A stretch of 64,000 nt of DNA from a virus. This document shows positions 12,427 to 20,873 of this stretch, one piece after another. How positions within the stretch are numbered: position 1 is the stretch's first letter; each line of letters begins with the position of its first letter. A program made the translations under genes and the position numbers. The notes beneath the pieces were generated by a model. The model worked only from the letters and a program-made list of their open reading frames with translations. It did not search any database and was not told the origin of the DNA. The stretch lies in the IMG/VR virus record IMGVR_UViG_3300027708_000023. One strand, written 5' to 3'.

Positions 12427-13183
12427 AAAGCCCCCACAAGAAAGTGGCCCAGCCTATTAACTATTACACCACTAATCCTTTAAGACCATTTTAAGCTTTT
12501 TAGTAATGTTGTCAAAAATCTTATTAACTGGTCCAGTTAGAGTATAGTCTTTCTTATAAGCATCAAGAGCATCCAACAGTTTCCAAGCTTCTTGTTTATT
12601 AATATCAATTTCCATAAATTCTCCAGAATTACTGCTTAGTATCTAAAAGGATTAGCATAACAACCACTATAACTATTAGTAACATTAGTTCTCCAGAAGG
12701 TCAGGGTAGTAGTCTTTAATTTGATCTTCCAACATTTTATTGGTCAATCCCTCTTTATTATCTCTCAACATATCATAAGCAAAATTGTACAGAGTATTAA
12801 AGTCCATATCGTCCAAGAGACGGCTACAATAGGTACTCATAATCTCTTGTCTATTTTCATCAGTAACTTTCATTAGTATTTATTCTCCCCATTCACACTA
12901 ATAATACCAGCATCAACATCAGTTCCACACATAGAACTATCAACCAACTGGTCATTGAGCCAGTCAATAAAATACTCGTAGTCAAAATCCTCAGAGCTAT
13001 TTATTTCTAGTACAATTTTCATTTCTTTCCTGCATCATTCTCAAGGGGTCTGTGATTTAGCCTGACTACACTATCAGACTACTAATCTAACCATCTTTAT
13101 CTATTGAGAATTAGTCTCAAAAATCAGCTTCTTTGTTACTATCGTTGTTACACTGTTTAGTATACCATATCGCAGCATCGGTT

Positions 13184-13210
13184 GCAAGTGGTTGAAACAT
13201 AAGAACTTAG
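13184..13210. repeat. solo 27-bp dyad site
   Basis: GCAAGTGGTT-N7-AAGAACTTAG, overlapping a putative -35 (TTGCAA). Confidence 0.65.
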
Positions 13211-13335
13211 AAGCAGTGAACCATGTTACTATAGTCACTATTCTCGCTGACTAACAGCAACGGCAGCAAATCCGCTGGATTAGGCGAGACAAATGAATAT
13301 AATCCTATCTTTACATTATTCATTATTATTTTAAC

Positions 13336-13362
13336 CTAACCCTTTGCCCAGTAACCACTTAC
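13336..13362. repeat. solo 27-bp dyad site
   Basis: CTAACCCTTT-N7-AACCACTTAC. Confidence 0.55.
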
Positions 13363-13435
13363 GTCCATATACAGTATATCGACATCGCAACCCTTTGGCA
13401 ACACTGAGCTTACGAGATTCTTTTACTAAATTGAC

Positions 13436-13515
13436 GTAAGTCGTTGGTATCAAATAACTTAGAGAAATTGCGGCCGGCCCGCCGCGTCGTAAGTCCTTTG
13501 GGAATAAGGGTTTAC
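13436..13515. repeat. 80-bp bipartite dyad element, copy 1
   Basis: GTAAGTCGTT-N7-AATAACTTAG + 26 bp GC-rich + GTAAGTCCTT-N7-AAGGGTTTAC. Confidence 0.95.
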
Positions 13516-13533
13516 GTCAAGTGGTCTAGGGGT

Positions 13534-13569
13534 AAAAAAGAACCGCCACCCATTGCTGAGTGGCGGCTC
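13534..13569 (-). terminator. intrinsic terminator after DUF932 gene
   Basis: GCCGCCAC/GTGGCGGT stem followed by U-tract on the minus strand. Confidence 0.75.
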
Positions 13570-13593
13570 CCACATTACCCCCACTACGAGGTA

Positions 13594-14544
13594 TTAAAGT
13601 GCCTGAGCGAACTGCATGGCTTTTTCCAGAGCCTTGGTGTTGTCGTTCGCATTCGTTCCGAACCACAGGCTGTCGAGCCGATTGTCTTCGGTGCGACCCT
13701 TATTGTAATTCAGATACTCGTTGAAGCCGTTATAAGCGGCCCACCACGTTCCGCGAACCCCCGTCGCACTCTGCTTCGGGCCTTCGACCAGATTCAGAAT
13801 CTCGTCCATGATATTTCTGGTACGAGTCTTGATCTGATCATCCGGCGTACCGTCGATGTCGAGCATCACCTTGACATAGCGACGAACGTCGGCCTGATTG
13901 AAGTTCTTCGACGCGAGGAACTTGAACTGCTCCGCAGTCGCCTCAAACTCCATGTTGATGTTGTCCATAATGTCTCGCACGTTTTCCAGATTGGTCTTGC
14001 TGGAACGTGTGTGACGAATACGGATCAACTTGGAACCACTGCTCTTGCTATGGGCCATTGCCATAGTGTTAGCACACACAACACGGATCGGCGTATAGCC
14101 AACCCGGATAGCGGTCGTGCCATCGTGCGAGTTACTGAGAAGAATGAACTTCCCAACCTCGTCACCCTTCACGATCTCGCTATTGTCGCGGTTCAGTTGG
14201 GCCAGAACCCAAACCTTCTGACCGCTGTGGAGCGAACCGGCAGTATGCAACGCACACTCGCCAGCATCCAGAAACGGCTGGAACCAATCGAACGCCTCGC
14301 TGTTTTGCAGCGGGGTGTATCGCGGGCCGACAACGCCCAGAATACTGGAGTCTGTCTTGCGATAGGTCGCACGGGCCGGAACGGGTTCGCCGTCCACCGT
14401 GAACAAATCCTTCAGACCGACTTCCCAATCCAGACCGGCAGCGGTCATAGCTTCCGAAACCGTAGGGGCTTCGTCAAGCTGGTTCCCAAGGCCGTGCCAC
14501 GGGGTCGCACCAACAAACATCATCTGTTCAACTGCATGAGCCAT
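13594..14544 (-). CDS. DUF932 / TIGR03299-family phage-plasmid protein
   Basis: MAH...PWHGLG N-terminus, YTPLQN, NSHDG, TPIRVVCANT, GTWWAAYN motifs; own promoter and RBS. Confidence 0.9.
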   Translation of the reverse strand: MAHAVEQMMFVGATPWHGLGNQLDEAPTVSEAMTAAGLDWEVGLKDLFTVDGEPVPARATYRKTDSSILGVVGPRYTPLQNSEAFDWFQPFLDAGECALHTAGSLHSGQKVWVLAQLNRDNSEIVKGDEVGKFILLSNSHDGTTAIRVGYTPIRVVCANTMAMAHSKSSGSKLIRIRHTRSSKTNLENVRDIMDNINMEFEATAEQFKFLASKNFNQADVRRYVKVMLDIDGTPDDQIKTRTRNIMDEILNLVEGPKQSATGVRGTWWAAYNGFNEYLNYNKGRTEDNRLDSLWFGTNANDNTKALEKAMQFAQAL

Positions 14545-14587
14545 AATCATCCCTTTCGTGTTGCTGTTCAATCGTTCTTGTCCACTG

Positions 14588-14616
14588 ATTCTACACTATA
14601 TTATCGGCAGTGTCAA
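14588..14616 (-). promoter_or_regulatory. sigma70-type module promoter
   Basis: TTGACA-ctgccgataatatagtg-TAGAAT. Confidence 0.9.
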
Positions 14617-14645
14617 GCGAAAACTTTGGAAAAATTCCGCAGGTC

Positions 14646-14725
14646 GCAAGTGGTTGGTAGATAAGGACTTACGGCGACCGGGGCCGCCCCAGCTTGCCCT
14701 AAGTCTTTGGCTGGTAAGGGTTTAG
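14646..14725. repeat. 80-bp bipartite dyad element, copy 2
   Basis: Same 10-7-10/26/10-7-10 geometry. Confidence 0.95.
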
Positions 14726-15205
14726 GATTATCGTGCCAAAATGCTTCTCAAAAAGTTTAGAATCTGTAGAAGCATTGAAAGAACATTCTTCACCAAGATA
14801 GAAGTATGCTCCGATACACTTTGCTCTTGGAGTATCATCAGAAATACTACCAATAATATGTTTAAGAGTATCTCCAGAACAAATCAAATCATCCACAATA
14901 ACATATCGTGATGGAGAAACGCCTTCAAGGAAAAATTCGCTATATCGCTTTTCATCCTTACGAACAACGATAATATTCTTATTGAGAATCTCCGCAATCT
15001 GTGGCACTACCATCAAACCACTTACGCCACAACAAGCAATACTGTCAAAATCGTTCTCAATCTTACGCAGAGAACAAACGGCTTTTATAATCACACCATT
15101 CCGATATTTATGATTTAATACTCGGCTAGTATGAGCCGCTCCTTGAATGATTTTACCATCTGGTGTGCGACGAAAATCATCTAGTTCTTGCTGGAAAGCG
15201 CTCAT
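14699..15205 (-). CDS. type I phosphoribosyltransferase-fold protein
   Basis: PRPP-binding loop YVIVDDLICSGDT; upstream GVSG and VVRK motifs. Confidence 0.85.
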   Translation of the reverse strand: MSAFQQELDDFRRTPDGKIIQGAAHTSRVLNHKYRNGVIIKAVCSLRKIENDFDSIACCGVSGLMVVPQIAEILNKNIIVVRKDEKRYSEFFLEGVSPSRYVIVDDLICSGDTLKHIIGSISDDTPRAKCIGAYFYLGEECSFNASTDSKLFEKHFGTIILNPYQPKT

Positions 15206-15207
15206 AA

Positions 15208-15288
15208 AGTGTGTGGTTGGATTTGAACCAACAGCCCGTTATAAGAAAGGAATAAGAATAGGGTCTAGTCCCACCTAGAAGCACACAC
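15208..15288 (-). ncRNA. tRNA-like RNA with aberrant pyrimidine-rich anticodon arm
   Basis: Acceptor GTGTGTG/CACACAC, D-like arm TCTAG/CTAGA, T arm GTTGG-TTCAAAT-CCAAC; no 7-nt anticodon loop. Confidence 0.7.
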
Positions 15289-15293
15289 AAAGA

Positions 15294-15467
15294 TTATTCG
15301 TTTTCGTCTTCTTCAATACTGGAATAATAATTCTTACCATAAGACGGAACCTCATCATCCTCTTCTGCATCTTGCATCCAAGGTTCTTCATCCAGACCAA
15401 GATCCTCGGCATTTTCTACCAATTCATCATAGTCATAATCATAACCATCATAATCTTCATATCTCAT
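15294..15467 (-). CDS. 57-aa highly acidic protein (below ORF-track cutoff)
   Basis: MRYEDYDGYDYDYDELVENAEDLGLDEE...; GGGAG RBS; promoter at 15491-15518. Confidence 0.7.
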   Translation of the reverse strand: MRYEDYDGYDYDYDELVENAEDLGLDEEPWMQDAEEDDEVPSYGKNYYSSIEEDENE

Positions 15468-15519
15468 ATTTTACTCCCTTTCTTACCCTTATTCTACACC
15501 AACAATCGTCATTGTCAAG

Positions 15520-15592
15520 TGGGCCCTCGGGGACTCGAACCCCGAACCTAAGAGTTAAAAGCTCCTTGCTCTGCCAATTGAGCTAAAGGCCC
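15520..15592 (-). tRNA. tRNA-Lys(TTT)
   Basis: Cloverleaf, anticodon loop CTTTTAA. Confidence 0.95.
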
Positions 15593-15850
15593 GCCTTATT
15601 ATTCGGTTACGGTAATTTCCTCGTAGGAATAACTTTGGACATTTTCGGTTGTAAAATCATACAGTTTGTCGAAAACATCGGCCCAATCAAAATCCTCTTG
15701 CACGGATAGTTGAATATCGGCCAAAGTCTTACCATCCTCAGTCAAAATATCATAGATGCGAAGGTTCTTCATCATCGTTTTCCTTTCTTGTTCCAATAGT
15801 CTACCATACTCTTATCGTCCTGTCAAGCGATCTAACTTTAAAATTTCCAA

Positions 15851-15922
15851 TGACCCCACGGAGAATCGAACTCCGATCTCCACCGTGAAAGGGTGGCGTA
15901 CTAGCCGTTATACAATGGGGCC
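15851..15922 (-). tRNA. tRNA-Glu(TTC)
   Basis: Cloverleaf, anticodon loop CTTTCAC. Confidence 0.95.
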
Positions 15923-15951
15923 ATCCTCGCAACTCAACATCAGCCTCCGAA

Positions 15952-16038
15952 CGGAAGAAGTAGGATTCGAACCCACGGACCCAATTAAGGGTCTCCGGTT
16001 TAGTAAACCGGTGCATTAGACCACTCTGCCATTCTTCC
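15952..16038 (-). tRNA. tRNA-Ser(ACT), type II long variable arm
   Basis: Anticodon arm CCGGT-TTACTAA-ACCGG, long variable stem GACCC/GGGTC, G73. Confidence 0.9.
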
Positions 16039-16043
16039 TTAAG

Positions 16044-16115
16044 CTGTCCGACTAGGATTCGAACCTAGAACCAAGCGGTTAACAGCCGCCTACTCTACCG
16101 TTGAGCTATCGGACA
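16044..16115 (-). tRNA. tRNA-Asn(GTT)
   Basis: Cloverleaf, anticodon loop CTGTTAA. Confidence 0.95.
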
Positions 16116-16445
16116 TCAATTTCCAACTTCTTCATTCAATGGGTTCACCTAACGAACCTTTAATCTCTTCTTCTTTTTCAATCAATTTATTTGCATTGAT
16201 AATGCCCCACAGTCTGTGGTCAATGTCGCTTATTGTGCTCCATATTACTTTACTTCTGTCATTACATCGATCAACTTCACGATCCAGTTGTTCACTAAGA
16301 CTCCTAGTCCACATAGGGCAATATTGCATTCTGTCCATCAAGAAATATATTTGAATTTGTTGAATAATTAAAGTTATTATAATGATCGTATAAAATGAAG
16401 CTTTGATGTATTTCATTGTCATGTTTCTCTAAAAAACGAACATAA

Positions 16446-16516
16446 TTCCGGGACTAGGATTCGAACCCAGACAAAGAGAACCAAAATCTCTGGTGCTACC
16501 GTTACACTATCCCGGA
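16446..16516 (-). tRNA. tRNA-Gln(TTG)
   Basis: Cloverleaf, anticodon loop TTTTGGT, U1-A72. Confidence 0.92.
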
Positions 16517-16517
16517 G

Positions 16518-16590
16518 AGCCGATGGTCAGAATCGAACTGACGACAGGCAGTTTACAAAACTGCTACTCTACCAACTGAGTTACATCGGC
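16518..16590 (-). tRNA. tRNA-Thr(TGT)
   Basis: Cloverleaf, anticodon loop TTTGTAA. Confidence 0.95.
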
Positions 16591-17091
16591 AATCCTACTA
16601 TTATAGTCAATAGTCCCCATTCTCGCAAGCCCTGCGGTTTTCAGCGGATCGGGTTCGTGTTCGCTTGGGGCGATTGTCCATAACGGTGTGACGGTGTTCC
16701 TTGTGTCCCGTAGGAACTTGCCACTGCGGTCGTACCTTGATCTTGATATGATTGCGTCGTGGCCTCATATCGTCGTTGTTGTGGAGCGTAATCATGCCAT
16801 TGTCCATTTTCGTGTAGGTAAAAAACTTTGTCAACATTAGGGTCGTAAGCCATCAGACAGTATTGTACCGGATAAACTACTTTTGTCAAGGCCGGTTTCT
16901 GAGGCATGGGAGGGAATTTTATATCACCTTTCTGATAATCTTTTACACCATTATAGGCTAATCCCAAAACAGCAATCAGAATCCCAACCCACTGGATCAT
17001 TCTCTCACCCCTCGTTGATAGTCGTCTCGTTCTCATATATCTATTATCGACCAATCCAGAGTAGAAACTTTAGGAGATTTTTGGATTTGCT

Positions 17092-17171
17092 ATAAAGTGT
17101 TGTGGGCTAAGGACTTACGTCAAAGCCGCCCGGCCCCGCTCGCCCTAAGTGCTTATGCAGTAAGGGTTTGC
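17092..17171. repeat. 80-bp bipartite dyad element, copy 3
   Basis: Same geometry. Confidence 0.95.
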
Positions 17172-17179
17172 GGCTAGTC

Positions 17180-17410
17180 TTACTCTAAAGTCCATCCGGC
17201 ATCTTTTAGAATATGGGTAGTATGTAACACACAAGTTAATCCATCAGCATTTGTATAGTCTTTATATCCACGTTCATCAAGATAGATGTGCTCATCTAGT
17301 GTATCATTTTCATTTGTTTCCCATATAGCATCCATCGCAGCATCCCGTGGACATTTGTTGCAGGAATAAATTAGTTCTAGTGTTCCACATTTGATATAGT
17401 ATTTGCTCAT
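17180..17410 (-). CDS. hypothetical phage protein
   Basis: 76 aa, coupled to upstream ORF, stop 8 bp from element copy 3. Confidence 0.7.
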   Translation of the reverse strand: MSKYYIKCGTLELIYSCNKCPRDAAMDAIWETNENDTLDEHIYLDERGYKDYTNADGLTCVLHTTHILKDAGWTLE

Positions 17411-17988
17411 TAGTAGCCCCTCCTGAACAGTTCACATTCGGTACAGCCACAAGCTCCGTAACTATCAACATCATCATAATCAAACTTTCCATAAATATCT
17501 TCATCCCAATCAGTAAAGCTCTCAACCCCAAGGTCGATAGCAACCGCAACCCATTTCCCCTTACGTCGGATATAACCAAAATTACCTTTATGGGCATCAT
17601 TATAGTCTAACCCATATTCTTCTCTCAAATCATAAACTACTTCATCAATAGCAACCCCATTCTTACATTCACTCTGAAAACATTCACCATCACAATCTTC
17701 GTCATGGCACTCTGGCATAGGTCGAGCAACTTCGGTCAAATAACCATAAGCAGTCAACTCGCCATCATACCTACGAATCATACCAACATCCCCATATACC
17801 ATAGGGGCCAAATCAAACTGAGCCAGATGCTTTTGAACCCGATGGGCAAACTCTGCCTCTTGCTCATTCTCAAACTCTTTGAAGCCCACCCGCTTACGGT
17901 TAATCTTTTTGTCTTTGATAATATAGAAAGCATTCTTACTTCCCTCATCATCATACAATCCAACGTAGCTCATTTTTATTCCTTTCAA
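17410..17988 (-). CDS. protein-kinase-like (APH/RIO-type fold) protein
   Basis: GFK, LAPMVY, catalytic loop DAHKGN, DFG-equivalent IDLG; likely start MSYVG behind GAAAGGAA RBS. Confidence 0.7.
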   Translation of the reverse strand: MKGIKMSYVGLYDDEGSKNAFYIIKDKKINRKRVGFKEFENEQEAEFAHRVQKHLAQFDLAPMVYGDVGMIRRYDGELTAYGYLTEVARPMPECHDEDCDGECFQSECKNGVAIDEVVYDLREEYGLDYNDAHKGNFGYIRRKGKWVAVAIDLGVESFTDWDEDIYGKFDYDDVDSYGACGCTECELFRRGY

Positions 17989-18689
17989 TGGGCTGGAAAC
18001 AAGACATTAGCCAAACCACGAACACACAAGTCACATGATATACTATCTTTAGTGCCAGTGCAAGTGATTTCCGAACGACCGCGACGGATTTCGGGACATA
18101 CCACAAACTTTGTGGCATTGAGAACCACCAGCTTTGGCAGTGCTTGTCGCCATGCTTCGGCTTTTGCTTTGCTTTTAGGACGCTTCGGAGCAATCTTCAT
18201 GTCGCTGTCACACCATGCGAACAGCTTGAAACCCTGTGCCAGTGCTTCGCCCATATCATTATCATCATGCACACTAGCGTACACATTCATATACTTTTCC
18301 AGACTCACAAGCCTAGCATCGTAGATATGAGTATAGAACCACATATCGGGCAGACTATCACCATCGGCCAGAATACTCTCACAAGCCCACGTTACATTAG
18401 CAACATAGTCTAGGTCAAGTTCTCCATTGAGAAACCAGTCGCCACGTTCATGCCAGCGAATAGACTTCTCACGACGTTTTGCTTCCAGAATCATAGCACG
18501 GATTTTATTCTTTTCCGTTATGACATTAGCAAATCCGGCAGTGCGAGCATTTTTATACTGGTTTTCAGTAGCTTCGGCATAACATCCATTACCGAGATAG
18601 TCGCAATCGGGTGGGCAAGTATCGCCCACTGGACGCGAAACCACAATGCAACCCTTACCCAACTTATCATTACCGTCTGCTGTTTTCAT
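17985..18689 (-). CDS. Gp88-like phage protein
   Basis: N-terminal GNDKLG, TCPPDC....CYA, IRWHERGDW, WFYTH and C-terminal CP...C..C..C pattern. Confidence 0.7.
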   Translation of the reverse strand: MKTADGNDKLGKGCIVVSRPVGDTCPPDCDYLGNGCYAEATENQYKNARTAGFANVITEKNKIRAMILEAKRREKSIRWHERGDWFLNGELDLDYVANVTWACESILADGDSLPDMWFYTHIYDARLVSLEKYMNVYASVHDDNDMGEALAQGFKLFAWCDSDMKIAPKRPKSKAKAEAWRQALPKLVVLNATKFVVCPEIRRGRSEITCTGTKDSISCDLCVRGLANVLFPAH

Positions 18690-18710
18690 GTTCTTCTCCT
18701 GTGTCTACCG

Positions 18711-18739
18711 ATTCTACACTATAGTATCGGCAACGTCAA
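18711..18739 (-). promoter_or_regulatory. sigma70-type module promoter
   Basis: TTGACG-17bp (contains CCGATA)-TAGAAT. Confidence 0.85.
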
Positions 18740-18768
18740 GCAGAAAACTTGAAGAAATTATTATTGAC

Positions 18769-18848
18769 GCAAGTCGTTGGTAGATAAGGACTTACGACGC
18801 GGCCGGCCCGCCGAACTTGCTCTAAGTGCTTTAGCAGCAAGGGTTTAC
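18769..18848. repeat. 80-bp bipartite dyad element, copy 4
   Basis: Same geometry. Confidence 0.95.
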
Positions 18849-18854
18849 AACAAA

Positions 18855-18928
18855 CGAGAGTGACGGGACTCGAACCCGCAACCTCTAGCGTGACAAGCTA
18901 GCGATCTAACCAATTGATCTACACCCCC
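18855..18928 (-). tRNA. tRNA-Asp(GTC)
   Basis: Cloverleaf, anticodon loop TTGTCAC, G73. Confidence 0.93.
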
Positions 18929-18933
18929 AACAA

Positions 18934-19005
18934 TAGCCCCAGCAGGAATCGAACCTGCAACTAGAGATTAGAAGTCACTTATTATATCCATTTAACTATG
19001 GGGCC
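18934..19005 (-). tRNA. tRNA-Arg(TCT)
   Basis: Cloverleaf, anticodon loop CTTCTAA, one U-U mismatch in anticodon stem. Confidence 0.9.
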
Positions 19006-19071
19006 GTCAATACCGCAAGCCCCCACGGCGTCCCGTGGAGGCTCGCAGTCATTATAACTCCATAGAGTCGA

Positions 19072-19332
19072 TCACGCAACCGTTTCCGTTTCCGTCTCCT
19101 TCTCTACCTTGCCGTCATGGGCATCACCCGCAGCCTCGGCAGTCACACCAGTCACCCTAGCACGCCACACCTTATAGCCCTGCTCGCTAAAAGCCTTGAT
19201 TCCAGCAGCCTTGACATTAGCATGAACATCACCAGGAAGCTCATCATTAAGAGCCTTAGTAAGGGTAGACACCACATCGGCCGAATCAATCTCGTCGCCA
19301 ACAATATCAACAGCAAAACTAAACTTTTTCAT
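19072..19332 (-). CDS. hypothetical phage protein
   Basis: 86 aa, GGAGA RBS. Confidence 0.75.
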   Translation of the reverse strand: MKKFSFAVDIVGDEIDSADVVSTLTKALNDELPGDVHANVKAAGIKAFSEQGYKVWRARVTGVTAEAAGDAHDGKVEKETETETVA

Positions 19333-19468
19333 CTTATCTTCTCCAAAATTGTTATAGTTACCAAATCGTTCTAGTATCAGTATACGCTACTGTTACCCAC
19401 TTGTCAAGTCCGTCGTGATGGTTTCTTATGTTGTGCATCGTCGTGGGGTCTTGACTTGTGATACTCTC

Positions 19469-19497
19469 ATTCTACAGTATAGTATCGTCATTGTCAA
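19469..19497 (-). promoter_or_regulatory. sigma70-type module promoter
   Basis: TTGACA-atgacgatactatactg-TAGAAT. Confidence 0.85.
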
Positions 19498-19538
19498 GGG
19501 CGAACTTGAGCGTCGTTGAAAGATTTTTGATTTTTGTC

Positions 19539-19618
19539 CTAAGTTGTTTGGCAGCAAGGACTTACGTCAAATTCGGCCGCCCCGCCTCGCCCTAAGTTCT
19601 TCAGGGACAAGGCTTTAG
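19539..19618. repeat. 80-bp bipartite dyad element, copy 5
   Basis: Same geometry. Confidence 0.95.
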
Positions 19619-19619
19619 G

Positions 19620-20003
19620 TCAAGAGAGAAAACCCTCGCAACCCAAACCCACCAGATCACGCAGCAGTGCCTCTGCCGCTTCGGGCGTTTTCAGAGTCAT
19701 ACTCTGCTTGGTGTTAGCTGGGGCAGGATGCCATGTATCGTACTTCCAGCCACCAACCAGATAGTCAGTCCAATCTTTGGACTCTTTGAGACCCCATCCG
19801 GAGTGCAGTCGGATAGCCTTGATGCACGGGATACGGTTGTCCGTATTCATGCCACCAGTGATAGTCACCACACGACGCTGGTTCACACCCAGTGCCACTT
19901 CCAATGCACACACAATCTTGTCGAACATATCCAGACTGCAACCATTTGCAATCATGTTCAACGACTCACGCACGCTCAGTTCGATTTTGATCATAAATTC
20001 CAA
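19620..20003 (-). CDS. ribosomal protein bL12 (L7/L12) C-terminal-domain-like protein
   Basis: RIPCIKAIRLHSGWGLKESKDWTD resembles the bL12 CTD KIAVIKxVRxxTGLGLKEAKDLVE; C-terminal EAAEALLRDLVGLG. Confidence 0.75.
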   Translation of the reverse strand: MEFMIKIELSVRESLNMIANGCSLDMFDKIVCALEVALGVNQRRVVTITGGMNTDNRIPCIKAIRLHSGWGLKESKDWTDYLVGGWKYDTWHPAPANTKQSMTLKTPEAAEALLRDLVGLGCEGFLS

Positions 20004-20475
20004 AACTTTCTGTATACTTAGGGTCTATTTCGTAAATGCCGTCAAAATTTCCGTTACGTTCTTCCAGAATATGAACCTGTCGCCCATCGGTAACTAAGGT
20101 ATCATACTCACTGTTATCCCATACAAACTCACCACCATCACTCTCCCTACGCCAATGAACATCACGAATGGGATTATAATACAACTTCTCAAGATTGTCA
20201 ATAGGCAAAGAGGGATAAAAATCCTTGCGAAGCATAACCTCCTCACACTGTACCCATCCACTCACATTCTTTTTTTGTTTCTTATTGACCCATTTTGCCC
20301 TAGCTACCTTATTGACCAGCTTGCAACCACGCATCTCCAACTGGTATTCTGTAGGGTCTACATAAAATTGGTCAACCCTTTTCTTACCCTGCATAATGTT
20401 TACTTGCCACTTCCGATAATTCTTGCCATTAAGCAGATGAAATCGTACTTCGGCATGTTTTTCGACAGTTTTCAT
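19966..20475 (-). CDS. hypothetical phage protein
   Basis: 169 aa, ATGA-coupled to 20472-20714. Confidence 0.75.
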   Translation of the reverse strand: MKTVEKHAEVRFHLLNGKNYRKWQVNIMQGKKRVDQFYVDPTEYQLEMRGCKLVNKVARAKWVNKKQKKNVSGWVQCEEVMLRKDFYPSLPIDNLEKLYYNPIRDVHWRRESDGGEFVWDNSEYDTLVTDGRQVHILEERNGNFDGIYEIDPKYTESFGIYDQNRTERA

Positions 20476-20714
20476 TTGCCTCTCCCGATAACAACACAGT
20501 TGACCGGCTGATCTCCAACCATATCAACGTAGTACGCTGCGTGTCGCCCATTATACCAATAGAACTTCTCTTGTCCATCCCAGTTGTCGTTTTCAACAAG
20601 TGTGCCAGTAGAAACATCGGGATTATCGTAACCACCCTCATAGCCCGGAATCACCACCATGCTATCCTGCGGTACCATCTTCAGTTGTTCGATCAGTTCA
20701 GCAACAGTCATCAT
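20472..20714 (-). CDS. hypothetical phage protein (MTVAELIEQL...GYEGG type)
   Basis: First ORF after promoter 20736-20764, GAAAGGG RBS. Confidence 0.75.
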   Translation of the reverse strand: MMTVAELIEQLKMVPQDSMVVIPGYEGGYDNPDVSTGTLVENDNWDGQEKFYWYNGRHAAYYVDMVGDQPVNCVVIGRGK

Positions 20715-20793
20715 ATTCCCTTTCGTGTTACCACTATCTTACACTACTATTATCGACAAGTCAAGAGCGAATCTTGAAAAAATATTGCTAATC

Positions 20794-20873
20794 ATAAAGT
20801 CTTTAGAGATAAGGACTTACGTCAAACCCGGCCCCGCTGCCTTGCTCTAAGTTCTTTAGAGGCAAGGGCTTGC
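20794..20873. repeat. 80-bp bipartite dyad element, copy 6
   Basis: Same geometry. Confidence 0.95.

Noticed and set aside
13444-14664. 406-aa plus-strand ORF
   Set aside because: Antisense shadow of the GC-rich DUF932 gene; starts inside a repeat element, with no RBS and no motifs.
15756-16019. ORFs 15756-16019 (+) and 15801-16016 (-)
   Set aside because: They overlap tRNA-Glu and tRNA-Ser.
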